Notes: generated by a model from the letters alone, not told the origin. 63,385 nt of DNA, filler included, from Octopus bimaculoides (GCF_001194135.2; 7 parts of 7 records of this genome joined end to end with filler, not necessarily neighbours in it), one strand, 5' to 3'; counted from the whole stretch's first letter, positions 13,729 through 27,551 are shown. A program made the numbers and translations.

Positions 13729-16099
13729 NNNNNNNNNNNNNNNNNNNNNNNNNNNNNNNNNNNNNNNNNNNNTTAATTAATTAANNNNNNNNNNNNNNNN
13801 NNNNNNNNNNNNNNNNNNNNNNNNNNNNAAATATATATATCGGGGGCATACGGTGATCTTTCTGGCTGGGGAAGCAATGACCAAAATTTTCTGTCACATA
13901 GATATTTGAATCAAATTGACATGTTCATATTATACAGCTTTTTAAAATTTAAAAAAAAATCACATTTTATATTAAAGGTGTTCTATTCGCACACATTTAC
14001 TCCGACTTTCTTATGTTTACTTGAACATTCTACATTTTATTTGATGCAACACATTTAGTCTTGTACTCTACATTTACACTGACACCCTACATTTGTTTGA
14101 TAATCTACATCTTGTCTCATTCTTTACGTTTTGTTTGGCACTTTCCATTTAGTCTGGTACCTCACATTTTATTTGATATTTTTAGCTTGGTACCCTACAT
14201 TTCACCTATTTTTATTCTGGTATGCTACTGCTAATCTGACACTCTACATATAGTCTGACACATTGGGATCGAAAGTAAAGTCGACATGAACGAATTTTAA
14301 TCCAGTTAATATAAGGTGATGAGCCAGAGAGGTGCAGAGGTAGTGCCTTGCGACTGCATGTCGTTGATACTTATATTTAACCTACAGAGGTCACAAAAGT
14401 TCGGATGAGGGAAAGAATAGAAAACGAATAAATTAATGATAGAAAACATTGATAACTTCGTTTCAACAACGAAACACTTAACATTGTTGTTGATGTGACG
14501 TACATGTTGGATTGGCTTTACTATCCACAATTTGCTAATGTGGAAGTAGTGATAAAAACAGGATTGGCGGACAGAGGTTATTCGCTGAAACATAAAGTCT
14601 GTCGAGGACACTCGTTACCAAGCAGCGAGTCACGGCACCAATATGCCGGGGAATGTAACGAGGTGTGCCGCAAAAGTAATAAAATTATATTTGAGAAATC
14701 TAAGAAAATTCAAACTGAAATCCTAAATATAGTAATTTAATAAAAAAACTTAAGTTTCTGTTGTTCTTTTTCCTTTTGTATTCATTGGCTAAAATGTACG
14801 TTACTTTTATTTTTTAATTATTTATCTATTTCATTTCATGTACAAAGTACAACAAAATATGTTTAATTTTCTCTAAACAAACCGTAGTGGGAAAAAGTAC
14901 CCCCCCCCCCNNNNNNNNNNNNNNNNNNNNNNNNNNNNNNNNNNNNNNNNNNCCCCCCAAAACCCCCCCCTAAAAACTGGGAACCAGATTAAGAATTTAA
15001 GCTGTGTCCAATCTAGCTTAAATATTCTCCTGCTTATATGTAAAGGAACATACATACATACATGCGTGCAAACATACATACATATCCAAATTACAAGTTC
15101 AGATTTATACCTGTAATTATTGGGGCACCGGGACATGTAGCACACTACTGAAATACCAATCTTGAGAAATTAGGTTTCTCAAAACCAGAAAGGAGAAATC
15201 TGTTTCGAAGGCTACAGATCAAAGCCATCACTGCAACTGTAAAAATTTGTAAAACTTACCAGAAGTTTATCCTTTAAGTATAAATGAGCATGTCTTAATA
15301 TGCAAGTTTATGCATGAGAAGACATGCATAAAACAAAATATACAAATCTGCACGTATACATACATACATGCACATATATATAAATGTCATTTATATCATT
15401 ATTTAATTTAATGCCACGCATCCATTTCTAAGTAAGTTTATCTTAACTTTTTTGATGCGACTCTACTCTATACTGTTTTGTTCCCCACTTCTATAATTCC
15501 CCTTTTCTCCCCTTCACCGTTTTCCGTCTGTCTCCCTCTCTCCCTCTTTTTCTCTCTCACGTTGCTCACACGTGACCATCGTCCGTCTTTCCTTTTCTCA
15601 CATGACCATCTTTCTTTCCTGCAAGGACCTTCAAAGGACTGAACGTTTAATTTCTCTCTCTTCTATCTTTTCTCTTTACAAAGAAAATATTTCTCCCAGT
15701 ATTCACTATTTTCCTCTCGTTCTGGTCTAATGACCTTCCATGTTTTTTTCGTCCAGTTTCCTTGTATGTCTCCACTGTCCTGTTTTTATTCCCAACTTTG
15801 ACCCTCCATAAATCCTAAATTTTATTTTGGAATTTATGAGAGCAACTGTCTTTGAAGACTCATATTGTCCGTGAATGCTCGAAATGAGGAGTAGATAGAC
15901 AACCGACAACTGATGAAGAGTCATTTCTCTGTGTCTACTTGCCCTGTTTTCCATTTTTACCTCTCGTTGTTTACGTATTTAACTCGTTTATATATATATA
16001 TATATATTGGTAAAGCAAATTTTAGAGGTAATACTTGATAATTGCAAGCACCTGTATATGCCAGATAGTGGCCGGGGTGAAGGAATAAATTAAAAAAAG

Positions 16100-16290
16100 T
16101 AAGATTAAAACAGAACACAAAGGATTCCCAGTACACGTGTTTCAAGCTTTATACACAAACAGTTGTTGCATCATTATCATGCTGGTAACTTTCATGCAAC
16201 ACTTTTGAAAAGCCAGCGAAATGTCGGTGCCAGTTAATCACTAAAGGAATTCTGTCGTCTATTGTATTGTGTTTGCTAGAATTGTGCGTG
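16100..16290 (-). mobile_element. Inverted PLE fragment (post-RT linker region)
   Basis: DDRIPLVINWHRHFAGFSKVLHESYQ resembles the PLE 'RxPLVxxYHP' thumb/linker motif. Confidence 0.55.
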
Positions 16291-16319
16291 AAATTTCCGG
16301 AAAGTATGCGTGAATTTTC

Positions 16320-18035
16320 CAGAAATTCCAATACAACCAACCATTTTTTCTCACACGGAATTTCTAACATATAATCCACACCGCACACTATTCATTAATC
16401 ACACCAGGAACAATCATTGTGTTTTGTCAACCAATTTTTCGGAGATGTTTGTTTTTATGACAGTTTGAACTTACCAGTTTCGCAGGAACTAATGGCACAA
16501 ATAACAACGTTGTATTCACCACAAACAAGCGTTATTCCTACAATTCAACAAGTTCATATAATTAATCCCTAAGTTGGTGCATATGATTGTGGCCTTTTTG
16601 CACTGGCGTATGCATTTGAACTGGTCATTGGAAACGCTTCAGAGAAGTTTTTATTTGATCAGTCAAAAATGCGAGCACATTTAAGATTTTGCCTTGAAAA
16701 CAATAAATTTGCTCGTTTCCCGAAAGTAAAGGTTTTTCAAATGTCTACAAAGAAGTAACTCACTTTCTATCACCCACACAGAAATGGATTACCCCTAGAA
16801 AGACGACTAAAAATTATTCTCACATGAATATTCAGAACAAATTTTATCACCCAATAGGTTTCGTGTTTTAAGTGAAGATTTCAAGCAAAGCCCAAAACGT
16901 AGTCAGGAATCTAATGAGAGTAGGACTCTGAAAACCACTTGCCCGAGAAAAACCATCACACTAGAGAATAAGTCGTTCATAAATTTATCTAAATTAAAAC
17001 TTTCGCCCGACGATGTTTCAGTCTTGAAGCTTGGACTGAGTTTTTGCCCAAGCACTAAGAATTTAGACAAGAATAAACTAGCTCAAGGTCTATTTCAGTT
17101 TGTCCACCGTCACAAGCTGAAAGGATATTTTTTTGAAAAAACTGGTAACGATGAGTCAGAAAATCCTATGCTTACTGAAAATAAAAATGATGATGATCGA
17201 ATCTGGCATAATTGGATTGAAAAAAATCCTAATTGGTATCTAGATAAAGTTCGGGATGGACGTTTACAAGCACTACTGGAATTTCTTGAATCTTGCCATG
17301 CAGGCATTAGAGAAAGCCTTAAAACAAGTAGAAAGAAGTCCTGGAATAACCTCACAAATTCCCAACGTTACGCATTCCGACGTCGAGCTAATAACGATTC
17401 TATTGTTATTGAAATGGCGAATAAGGGAGGTGCTATTTTAATTATGGACAAAAGTGAGTATATTTCGGCTTGTGAAGTTTTAAATGACAAAACTTCAAAT
17501 GAAGAATTACCTGTCGATCCAAACCCCAATTACGGAGAGGAACTTGACAAAATAATTCTGGAAATGGAGGAAAAAAAATTCGTTAATAAGACCGAATCTA
17601 GGATTTTACGGTCAGAAAGAACACCAGTATTTTATGGTCTCCCTAAAATACACAAAAAGTTCGAAAGATTTCCTCTAATGCGTCCAATTTGCAGCGGATA
17701 TAAATGTTGCACGGCCAAAATTTCGGAATGGCTAGATAGCTTTCTACTCCCCGTCGCAAAACGATCAAGTTCCTATATTCGGGATACCTCTGATTTTGTT
17801 CCTAAAATCAACAAGTTTTTTAAGCACCGAGGCCGTGTCGAGAACTGTTTTTTGGTAACCAATGGTTGTTTTTTCCTTACATCCCAATATTGACTACAAC
17901 GAAGGGGTAGAATCATGCATGGATGCCTTTGAAAAGCAGTCAAACAAAAGTATTCCATCAAATTTTCTCTGTAGATTATTGAGGTTTGTGTTAGAAGGTA
18001 GCACAATGAAGTTTGGACAAAGATTTTACCACCAG
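16320..18035 (+). mobile_element. Penelope-like element 2: decayed Ulp1/C48 protease-like domain, linker, then PLE N-terminus and RT
   Basis: Open frame 16811-17893 contains LKLGLSFCP, ANKGGAILIM and FYGLPKIHK...MRPICS. A frameshift leads to SLHPNID and FGQRFYHQ. Upstream lie NH, YDSL and DCGLFALAYA motifs. Confidence 0.85.
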
Positions 18036-19875
18036 AGATTTTACCAACTTGGGAGCATTGTATGACAATCTGAAAAGTGTACTTGACCCCCCAAAAGGGT
18101 GATACAGAACGTATTCTTTCTAACGATGAGTCAAAAGACTGAAGTGGCAAAGATGAAGTTCTGAAAAAATGGGCTGAACACTTTAAATCCGTATTAATCC
18201 TAGAATTCATTCCCAATCCTGAAGTAATCAATGAAATCCTTCAGAGTCCTATAACTGAGGAACTTGCGAAAGATCTGTCTTTAGAAGAGAGAAATACTCC
18301 TATTACAAAAACTTTCCAATGGTAAATCTGGACAAGACAGTATTCTCATAGAAGTGTACAAGCATGGTGGTAAACAACTTGTAAGAAAGCTGTGCAAATT
18401 GATCTGTTTGATCTGGGAAACTGGATCTATTCCCCAACATTTCAAAGACGCATCTATAACGCATTTATACAAGAACAAGAGGGAAAAGAGTGTATGTGAT
18501 AATCACTGGGGAATGGTTTGTTGTGCGTAGTCGGTAAAATTCTTAACCGCATCAATAAGCATATAGTAACCAGCAAATTAAAAAAAAAAAACATGTGAGC
18601 ACAATACTGACTTGTATATGGTATTTGTCGACTTGACCAATGCCATTGATACAGTGAACTGTGAGGCACTCTGAAAATTTTGTCAAAAGTTGGACTTTCT
18701 GACAAAATGATAAGAGTATGATACAGTGATATCTAGTAGTCAATGTCCTGAGGAATTTTCTGTTGTCATTGTGTTTTACTTCCTGTACGCTTTTCCGTAT
18801 TCTGTTTAGTGGTGCTCGAACATGCTTTTTGGGATTACCATGAAGGAGTAAAATTTCAGTTTCGCGCAGAAGGATGTCTACTAAACTGAAAAGGGCAAAG
18901 TTTCTGAGCAAAGAAAAAGATCATGGAAGAGATTCTACGTGATTTTCTCATTTGCTGATGATTGCAGTTTGATTTATCAAACATTTGAGAGAGTTCAGGA
19001 AACAGTCGACAGGTTTGCTGTGGTAGTTCGTGTACTTGGATAGACTATCAGCATCAAGAAAGAAGACTGAAGTTTTATACCAACCAAAGCCTGGAGCAGA
19101 ACATACTCAAGATTCAAATATGATAATTGACAACAAGCCACTCAAACGGGTGAAGTATTTAATATCTCGGAAGTACAGTAAACTTTAAACGTACTCTTGA
19201 TGACAAAATCAATGTTAGGATATCTAAGGCTACAAGTGGTTTTGGAAAACTTTTCCATAGTTTGTGGAATGGACACGGTATCAGTCTGAAAACTGGAATA
19301 CGTGTATACAAATCTTGTGTTTTGAGCACACTTTTGTTTGGGGCAGAAACGTGGACATACAAAGAACAAACATACTACAGACATACAAAGAAAGTTGAAA
19401 CCTTTCACATGTGCTGTCTGCGCAATATCTGCAACATAAACTGGCAAGATCAGATATCAAATGTCAAAATCTTAGAAAAATCTGATATTTCTAGTGTCAA
19501 AAGCGTGCTGCTGAGGATTCAGTGCAGATGGGTAGGACATGTTGTTCATATGAAAGATAACTGCATTCTGGAAATTCTTCTGTATAGCCAACAAGCAGAG
19601 TGACACTGCAGTAGAACACTTGTCCCTATGTATAAGGTTAAAGCAATCATTAAAGTCTCTAAACCTTAACTTGACATTCTTGGAAAGTCATTGCCAAGAT
19701 CGATCTGCATAGCGTAAAATGAGTCATGAAGCATCAAGACAATTTGAGTTGAAGAAACAGAACGACAAAAGAATTATATCCTGCAATATCAAAATCATCA
19801 TTGTCCCCATTGTGATGTCATAGCAAAATTTATATCTGGACTCAAATTACATTCACGTATCCATCGCAAATAAAC
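18036..19875 (+). mobile_element. 5'-truncated decayed RTE-clade LINE (RT plus C-terminal C2H2 finger)
   Basis: KWAEHFKSVL, GKSGQDSILIEVYKHGG, FKDASITHLYKNK, LFADDC-like motif, LLFGAETWT, RWVGHVVHM, CPHCDVIAKFISGLKLHSRIH; many stops and frameshifts. Confidence 0.88.
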
Positions 19876-19963
19876 ACTTGTTTTAATTTTAAAGTTGTTT
19901 GTTTCTTTCTTTCTCTCACTCACTCACTCACTCACTCACTCGCTCACTCACTCACTCACTCAC

Positions 19964-20004
<41 letters not shown>

Positions 20005-22037
20005 TTCTCTCTCTCCCTCTTCTTTTTGTGTTTCTTTAATCCTCTCCTTCAAACACTCATACATCGATATCGACGGGAGTGACCACCATCACAACCAACA
20101 CTACCTCAACCACTACCACCGCCGCCGCTGCCATATTTGTTGTTGTTGGTAGCTGTGCGTTGGGTCGGCAGAATTGTTAAAGCGTTGGACAAAATGCCTT
20201 TTCGGTATTTGCTCTAGTTCTTTCCGTTCTGAGTTCAAATACCACCGAGCTCAATTTTACCCTCCATCCTTTCGTGGGTAAATAAGATAAGACACCAAGC
20301 GCTATGGACGATGTAACTGACTAACCTCTTCGAGGTATAACTGCTGGCCTTGTACCTAAATCAGAAATCATTTTTGCTGTTGTTCTAAACAGCTTCTTGT
20401 GTTAAACCGATATAAATCACAAACAAATCAATGGAACATGCTTTCAAAATAAGCAAAAAACGCGTTATTTGTACAAATTATGCAAACAATAAAGGAAGAT
20501 TAATAAGTAATATTGAAGAGAATGTTGACGTTTCGGAAAAAAAATAATGATAATTCTAGTCTTTTCCGTTGCAGATGTTAGTGAAGTTAAGTGATATGAA
20601 TGACCCAATTAACAATAGCATCGTCAACACCAATAACATTTTTATCTTTCTTTCTTTCATCTTTTACTTATATCAGTCACTAGACTGCGGCGATGCTGGG
20701 GCACCGCCTTGAAGGGTCTTAGTCGAGTGAATCAACTAGTACTTTTTTTCAGCCCGTTAAGTTACATGGACGTAAATACACCAACACCGGTTGTCAAGCA
20801 GTGGTGGTGGGGCAAACACTCACATACACATATTGTTATATCGTCAGTGATGGTATATGATGTGTGTGCAACAATATATCACAGTACCAGATATAACCAT
20901 ATAACAATAAATAATGTAACAAGAGTTGGTTATCTTATTATAACCGCTTGCACAATAATCCAATACTCCAACGCGGAATTAATAATGAAACTAACAATTT
21001 CACAGTTCGACCTCAACTGTCTACTGGCTTATCTATTTACAAAACTAGTCCAGTCTACTGACAGTTACGTACGGGAGTGTCAGTTAACTCCACAACACAC
21101 ACACACACACGTACACACAACGGGCTTCTTTCAGTTTCCGTCTGTCTGAGGCAATAGCAGAAAACACTTGTCCAAGTTGCTTCGCAGTGGGACTGGACTG
21201 AACCCGTGACCATGTGGTTGGGAAGCAATCTTCTTACCACACAGCCACACCTGTGCTTCCACACAGCTACGTCTGCAGCATAACTACAAAGACACAAACG
21301 CTTACCCTGCCAAGTTATGAATAAGTTATTTGCAATAACGGACAAATCTTGAATATGAATAAATTGGCCGAGAAGAGAACTACTTGGCTGCAGACTTTTG
21401 TTGTATTAGCGATTTTGTATTGTGTGTTGTGTGTGTAATGCCCATATCCTTAGAAAAACATTGGCAACTTGAAAATGCCTGAGTCTCTTAAAACTCTATA
21501 AAAACTGATATATTACAAATTTAACATAATCTTAGTTCTCAGGTACGGGCCTCCTTCATATACACAATATCATTTACTAATCATAAATAACGTTCATGGT
21601 GAAGCGTCCGACTTTTTGTTACCTGAGGTCTGTGGGTGTCCGGACGAACCTTGTAACAGCTGGTATAAAACAAAGCGGAAAAAAAGAAAAAAAAAGGAAA
21701 CATTTATATTGCCGCTAAGCATTTTGCCCGGTATGCTAACGATTCTGTCAGCACAATGCCTTAACAACAACAACAACAACAACAACCCTCCTTTCTATTA
21801 AAAACACAAGGCTTGAAATTTGGGAGGAGGGTGCAAGTCGATTACATCGACGTCAGTGCTCAACTGGTTCTTAATTTACCGACCCCAAAAGGATGAGAGG
21901 TAAAAAGACGGACGAAATGCCACTAAGTATTTTGCCAGCACGCCGCCTTAATAATTTTGTTTATTGTTTTGGTGGTGGCGGATAGTGAAAATACTTCTTA
22001 TAGTTAGAAGATAAACAATTAATGGCGATATTTCAAG

Positions 22038-22078
<41 letters not shown>

Positions 22079-22085
22079 CACACAC

Positions 22086-22118
<33 letters not shown>

Positions 22119-22598
22119 CACACACATCCACACACGTACACAGATTACAAACAAGTGCATAGTTTGGTGGTGGACGTGATATTTTTCAGTCTATAATCTG
22201 CAGCAGCTGTGACGTCATGTATTGTATGCTACAATAGGATGGTACTGTTTAACCTCAGATTAGTTCCGTTTCAGCAAAACTAGGTTCAAAGCCATTCTTA
22301 TCGTGTTTAGCCCAAGTGTTTACTATATACTTTTCACCCAGGATCAGATTATGCAATATGTCCTTTATTAAAAAAAAATCATCTGACTGGGTTTAATCTG
22401 AGAGAGATTCGGTTGCTATTTCTAGCATATCGAGCGTCCACAAGAGGTTCTAGTATAAATTATGCATATAGGATGTGTTCAGAGACTGAGTAGGAGTGGA
22501 AGGATGAAGAAAGTGAAAGAAGTGACTGGCGGACAATTGGAGTAAAAGGGTGAAAAATGTCAAAAAGAAGAGAGAGAAAGATAGTGAGAGGGGAGGAC

Positions 22599-22683
<85 letters not shown>

Positions 22684-24639
22684 AAGCGTGTGTGTGTGTG
22701 TGTGTGTATGCGAGGTAACAGTAGAGCAAAGTGTTAATAAAGAGGAAGGGAAACGGTTAAAGAGAGAGGTAAATCAGACACGATTGCTGATAGAAAGACA
22801 TCTAGAAAGAGGCTGATAGTGACAGAAGAAAGAGACAGAAAGAAGGGAAAGACATGCTTGGCCGACAGAGGTTGAGAGATTAATAGGGAAAGTGAGAGAG
22901 AAACATAGATATATATTATCCGATAGAAATAAAATGATCAGGGGAAAATAACTCAATTGAACCATTGGTATAAATCTGGATAATTTGGATGCTATATAAT
23001 AAACAAAATCTGAAATTTCCATCTTAGTCGGGGAAAATAAGCAAAAACTAGCGGTAATTGTTCACGTCTCCCAAAGAAAATGGAAGATAATTTAAATAAA
23101 GAAAACAGGAATTCATTTGTTAAAATATATTTACATGCATGAGTGTGAAAAACGAAAATAGCTTATCCTTGTTTGTAAGAAAGGGATGCAGACAAAGGAC
23201 AAATAAAAACATGTTCTGGTGTTATTAACTTCGCCATCATAATATTGTCTTCTCAAATCTGTTGATCAGTTGACAAAAAATTTTACGTTTAGAGTTATGA
23301 ATAACTTTTAGTCAGTATAATTTGCTTTATTGAAAATAAAATGAGCTAAGGAAAATAACACAAAAGGGCCAATGACATAGAAAGAAGCAGACGCATTAAG
23401 CATGGCACACACTGAATCACGTGGCCATTTATAAGGAGCAGACGGCTATGGTATGTCAAAGTTGTAATATCAACTCTTACTGTTATTGTACAAGTCAAGG
23501 TCAGCTCCGATATAATATACCTGTGACACTTAGCTATTCGTTGTTGTAATCTACACGTCCATTATTACAGATAGAGCTAAAGCAGCGAGCTGGCCGATTC
23601 GTTAGCACGCGGGGGAAAAATGCGTAGCGGCATATCGTTCTGAGTTCAAATTTCGCTGAGGCTCTCTTTACCTCCCATCCTTTTGGGGTCAATAAAACAA
23701 GTACTTGTTAAGCATTGGGGTCAATGTAAACTTATCCTCTCCCCCAATATTGCTGGCCTTCTACCAAAATTTGAAACCAACGTTCTTCCTTTATCACAGC
23801 ATGTATTGAAATCCAAATATCGATGTATAGGCTTCCTCTGGCTACTGTTAAGTTTACTAATTTTTTGTTCTTATTGTTTTATAGTTAATGATTGTGCTTT
23901 CTTCTTCTTCTTCTTCTTCTTCTTCTTCTTCTTCTTCTTCTTCTTCTTCTTCTTCTTCTTCTTCTTCAATGTCGACTTACAGATATTGACTCATTTTACA
24001 TATACAGAGACTAGTTGTTACGCAACATTTAAGCTAATGATGAAACCAAGGTTTTATTCTTAGTATTAGCAAGCTTTGGACATGCATGAGGTCTTGGCTT
24101 AACCGCATTATAGGGGTAACACCTGAAACTAAATCCAGGACGAAAATTTCTTCGCTGTTTATGCGAAAGACGACACTTTCTGATTGACGATATCAAAATG
24201 AAAATAACGGTACCTTTATATATAATAATAGGGATCATAAAGCATTTTTTTTACAATGTATCAATTGTGTCAGGATCTAGTTTTTTCATTCGCAAAATAT
24301 GCATTTTTTAAAAGGAAGTAAAAAATTTGAAGATCGGTTATAATAATGTAACCTTCCAGTCTCATTGCTTTGAAGGTATGATGTTACGGAGGAAAAAAAA
24401 ATATTGGAGAAAAAGTTACAGAGGTTTCAAAATCGGAAAAAAACTTGGTATTTCTAGCCAATAGCGAGACAGAAATTTTCTGCGTTTAGTGGGGTGGTGT
24501 CAACTTTAAGGTTGTACCTTGTGAAATTTGTAGTTTAGCGTCTGACCTGTTCGTTGTAGTTTTCTAAATAAACAGAAATACCCAATAAAATCAACATGTA
24601 TCATCTTACTGTTTCTTTTGTTTCTTCATTGATTGTATG

Positions 24640-24794
24640 CTTTTATCATTTTTTAAAATTTGGTATATTAATACATTTGTCTGTATGTGTTTACTTTATG
24701 CGTACATCAGTATTATGTATACCTGCCATGTATTTATAAATCATTAATATATAAGTGCATGTGTGTAGGCATGTATGTATGTATGTGTGTATGT

Positions 24795-24840
<46 letters not shown>

Positions 24841-25550
24841 NNNNNNNNNNTGTGTGTGTGTGTGTGTGTGTGTGTATGAAAAGGGGGCGTCTGTCTCCGA
24901 AACTCCAAAGTTGAGTAACGTTTTCATGCTTGGATTTGTAAACTACGATAAGAATAACACTGGCCAATAAAGAGTTTGTCCCAAGGAAAAGAATACCTCT
25001 ATCTCATATATTTTTATATGCAGGATTCAAAATTAATGTAAAATTATCTGTATCACCCACAGTTTCCCTGTTCCACGATATCCCTCTCAGTTCCTGTTAC
25101 GTGGGCTAAATTTCAGTTAAGCTGTTGAAATGTGAAGCCCACGGTTTCAGAAATATTCCTACTCTAAATTTTTATGAATAGAATTAAACTAGTGAAATCA
25201 TAAATCCAGCTATCTGAGTCAACGAGTCCCCAAAATATATGAAATGAAAAATATATAAAAAATACTAAGTGTGAAAAATCAAAATACATAACAGCGGCAC
25301 AGACAACAGTGAACCACAACACAGCGTACGGCTGTCGTGGTAACAAGCTGCTAATGCCACACTGTCTATTGATTGGCTAAAATTACACAAATTTCCCAAC
25401 TTTAATTCCAAATAACAGCTGATTCTTTAGTTTACGAGATAAAGTAATTGGTTGGTCGTAATCAAAATTCAGAGTTGCATCGATACACCAAAATGAAAGC
25501 AATCTGAGGAAAATTAAGTGGGGGCTCATTTTGCGAATGAGAACGAGTAG
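24640..25550 (+). repeat. Non-autonomous interspersed repeat; second copy at 31170-31965
   Basis: Long shared blocks (aagttgagtaacgttttcatgcttggatttg; ttgattggctaaaattac...; ctcattttgc.aatgag hairpin at the end). Confidence 0.65.
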
Positions 25551-25919
25551 ATACTGTGTCTGTACGCGCGTGCGTGTAAGTTTGTGCATGTGTGTGTGTG
25601 TGCGTGTGTGTGCGCGCGCGTGCACGCGCGTATGAGTGTTTGTATGTAGTGTTTTCGATCGGCAAACGAAAGAATAAAGTACACAACACTTATAATAGTG
25701 GCTTATTCCTTTATTCGAAATTAATGCTTCATTCATACTTAGACGCACTCACTCACACCCAAATGCGCGCGCGCTCCCACACACATCTATGCGCACAAAC
25801 ACACACACAAACACACAAACATACACATATACACAATCAAACTATATATTGCTAGTATTGATTGCGGTTTTCTATTTCCTGAAATTTTTCCCCCGAATTT
25901 CTTCCATATCCGTTTACAG

Positions 25920-26024
<105 letters not shown>

Positions 26025-26078
26025 TCTTCTTCTTCTTCTTCTTCTTCTTCTTCTTCTTCTTCTTCTTCTCTTTGTATA

Positions 26079-26290
26079 AGGCGGTGAGCTGGCAGAAACG
26101 TTAGCATGCCGGGCGAAATGCTTAGCGGTATTTCGTCTGTCTTTCCCTTCTGAGTTCAAATTCCGCCGTGGTCGATTTTGCCTTTCATCCCGTTCGGGGT
26201 CGATAAATTAAGTACCAGTTGCGTATTAGGGTCCATCTAATCGACTGGCCCTTTCCCCAAAAATTTCGTGCCTAGAGTAGAAAAGAATAG
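26079..26290 (+). mobile_element. tRNA-derived SINE family B. Other copies: 8380-8680-, 20150-20370+, 21790-21950-, 23580-23780+, 52250-52500-, 54170-54310-, 58540-58965- (tandem)
   Basis: Head GGCGGTGAGCTGGCAGAAACGTTAGC...GAGTTCAAATTCC; centre GCCTTTCATCC..TCGGGGTCGATAAATTAAGTACCAG. Confidence 0.8.
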
Positions 26291-26760
26291 TTCTTTTCAT
26301 TGTTGATGCGATTCCTCCTGATCACTGAAAATCCCGTTTCTAACGACCTTGATAACACTACTATATGTTCACTACTTTTTCTATATCGTATTTATAATTT
26401 CTCCTTCCCTCCCTCATTTCCCAAACCCCACCTTTTTCTTCCTTTCTACCTCTCACCTACCTAAACACCCCATGTTACTCTCTATGTTTCTTTCTTTTTT
26501 CTTTCTTTCTTTCTTATTTTCTTTCTTTCTTATTTTCTTTCTTTCTTTCTTATTTTCTTTCTTTTCTTTTCCTTCTTTTATTTGTTCATTTATTCCCCAC
26601 CCCCACTTTTCCCTCTAATTTTCTCTCCCGTCCCTCTCCTGGTGTTGCCTTCAAGTGTTAAATAGTTCAAGAGATGACTGTAATGACAGTAGGCAGTCCT
26701 CATCATCAGGTGTCACTTGGCCTCTTTGCCTGCTTGCCACGTGATATGCACATAGATGCA

Positions 26761-26799
<39 letters not shown>

Positions 26800-27551
26800 T
26801 TAACTACGTGCAATCCCCACTGCATTACACACACAGATACCATCTCTAGCACATACAAAATCTGTAACACATTTACACAACTTCACTAAAACACACACAC
26901 ACACACACACACACAATCTCTTTCACATAAACAGAAAATCTGTAACAGTCACTCAGACTCACTAACATATTCACATGTTTAAGCAAACATGTAGACATGC
27001 TAACACTAACATGCAACTGTCTGCATACTTTGCACCTGATTCTTTGTGCACAGTAAAAGAACTCACATATGATTCAATGTTTGCACGTGCGCTTTTTGGC
27101 ATACATATATTTTTGCATGCACAACACAGGCGTCAAAAGACATACACCAGTAGACGTTCTCACACGTACACATCCTCATATTTGATTGTTTTCGCTATCA
27201 TCCCTACCTCCTTGATCTGCGCTATAAATATCATCCAGACTGAAGTCAGTGATGTTGCTAATCATCTGTAATAGTTGCTGCCATCATTAAATGTGTTGTT
27301 TATTTGGATAAACATTTATGTGGATAAATGCAGAGATGCGCCAGTAGGTTCTGCATCAATGCAGCCGAATGGTAGTGGACTACTGGTGAATAACTCTAGT
27401 CTAGAGACTAGAGTTAATCTCTAGTGCAAATTTGACGTCCTCTTGAACCGTTTTGTTTAATGTCAAACTTCGTTGTTGTCAAATTCATCATGTTGTCAAT
27501 CTTCTGGAAAAAGGCGACTCGGACAGGCGGGACGGACTATGTGTTTATAAT

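Noticed and set aside
13773-13784. TTAATTAATTAA embedded in N-runs (also about 28168, 39969, 46538, 49778, 58287)
   Set aside because: An identical palindromic all-frame-stop linker centred in gaps; an assembly artefact, not biology.
15259-15270. 12-nt minus-strand microexon with a GTAAGT donor
   Set aside because: Weak acceptor; such hexamers are expected by chance in 50 kb.
16860-16940. Hammerhead-like CTAATGA-GAGT/ACTC-TGAAA
   Set aside because: It lies inside the open PLE reading frame and lacks stems I and III.
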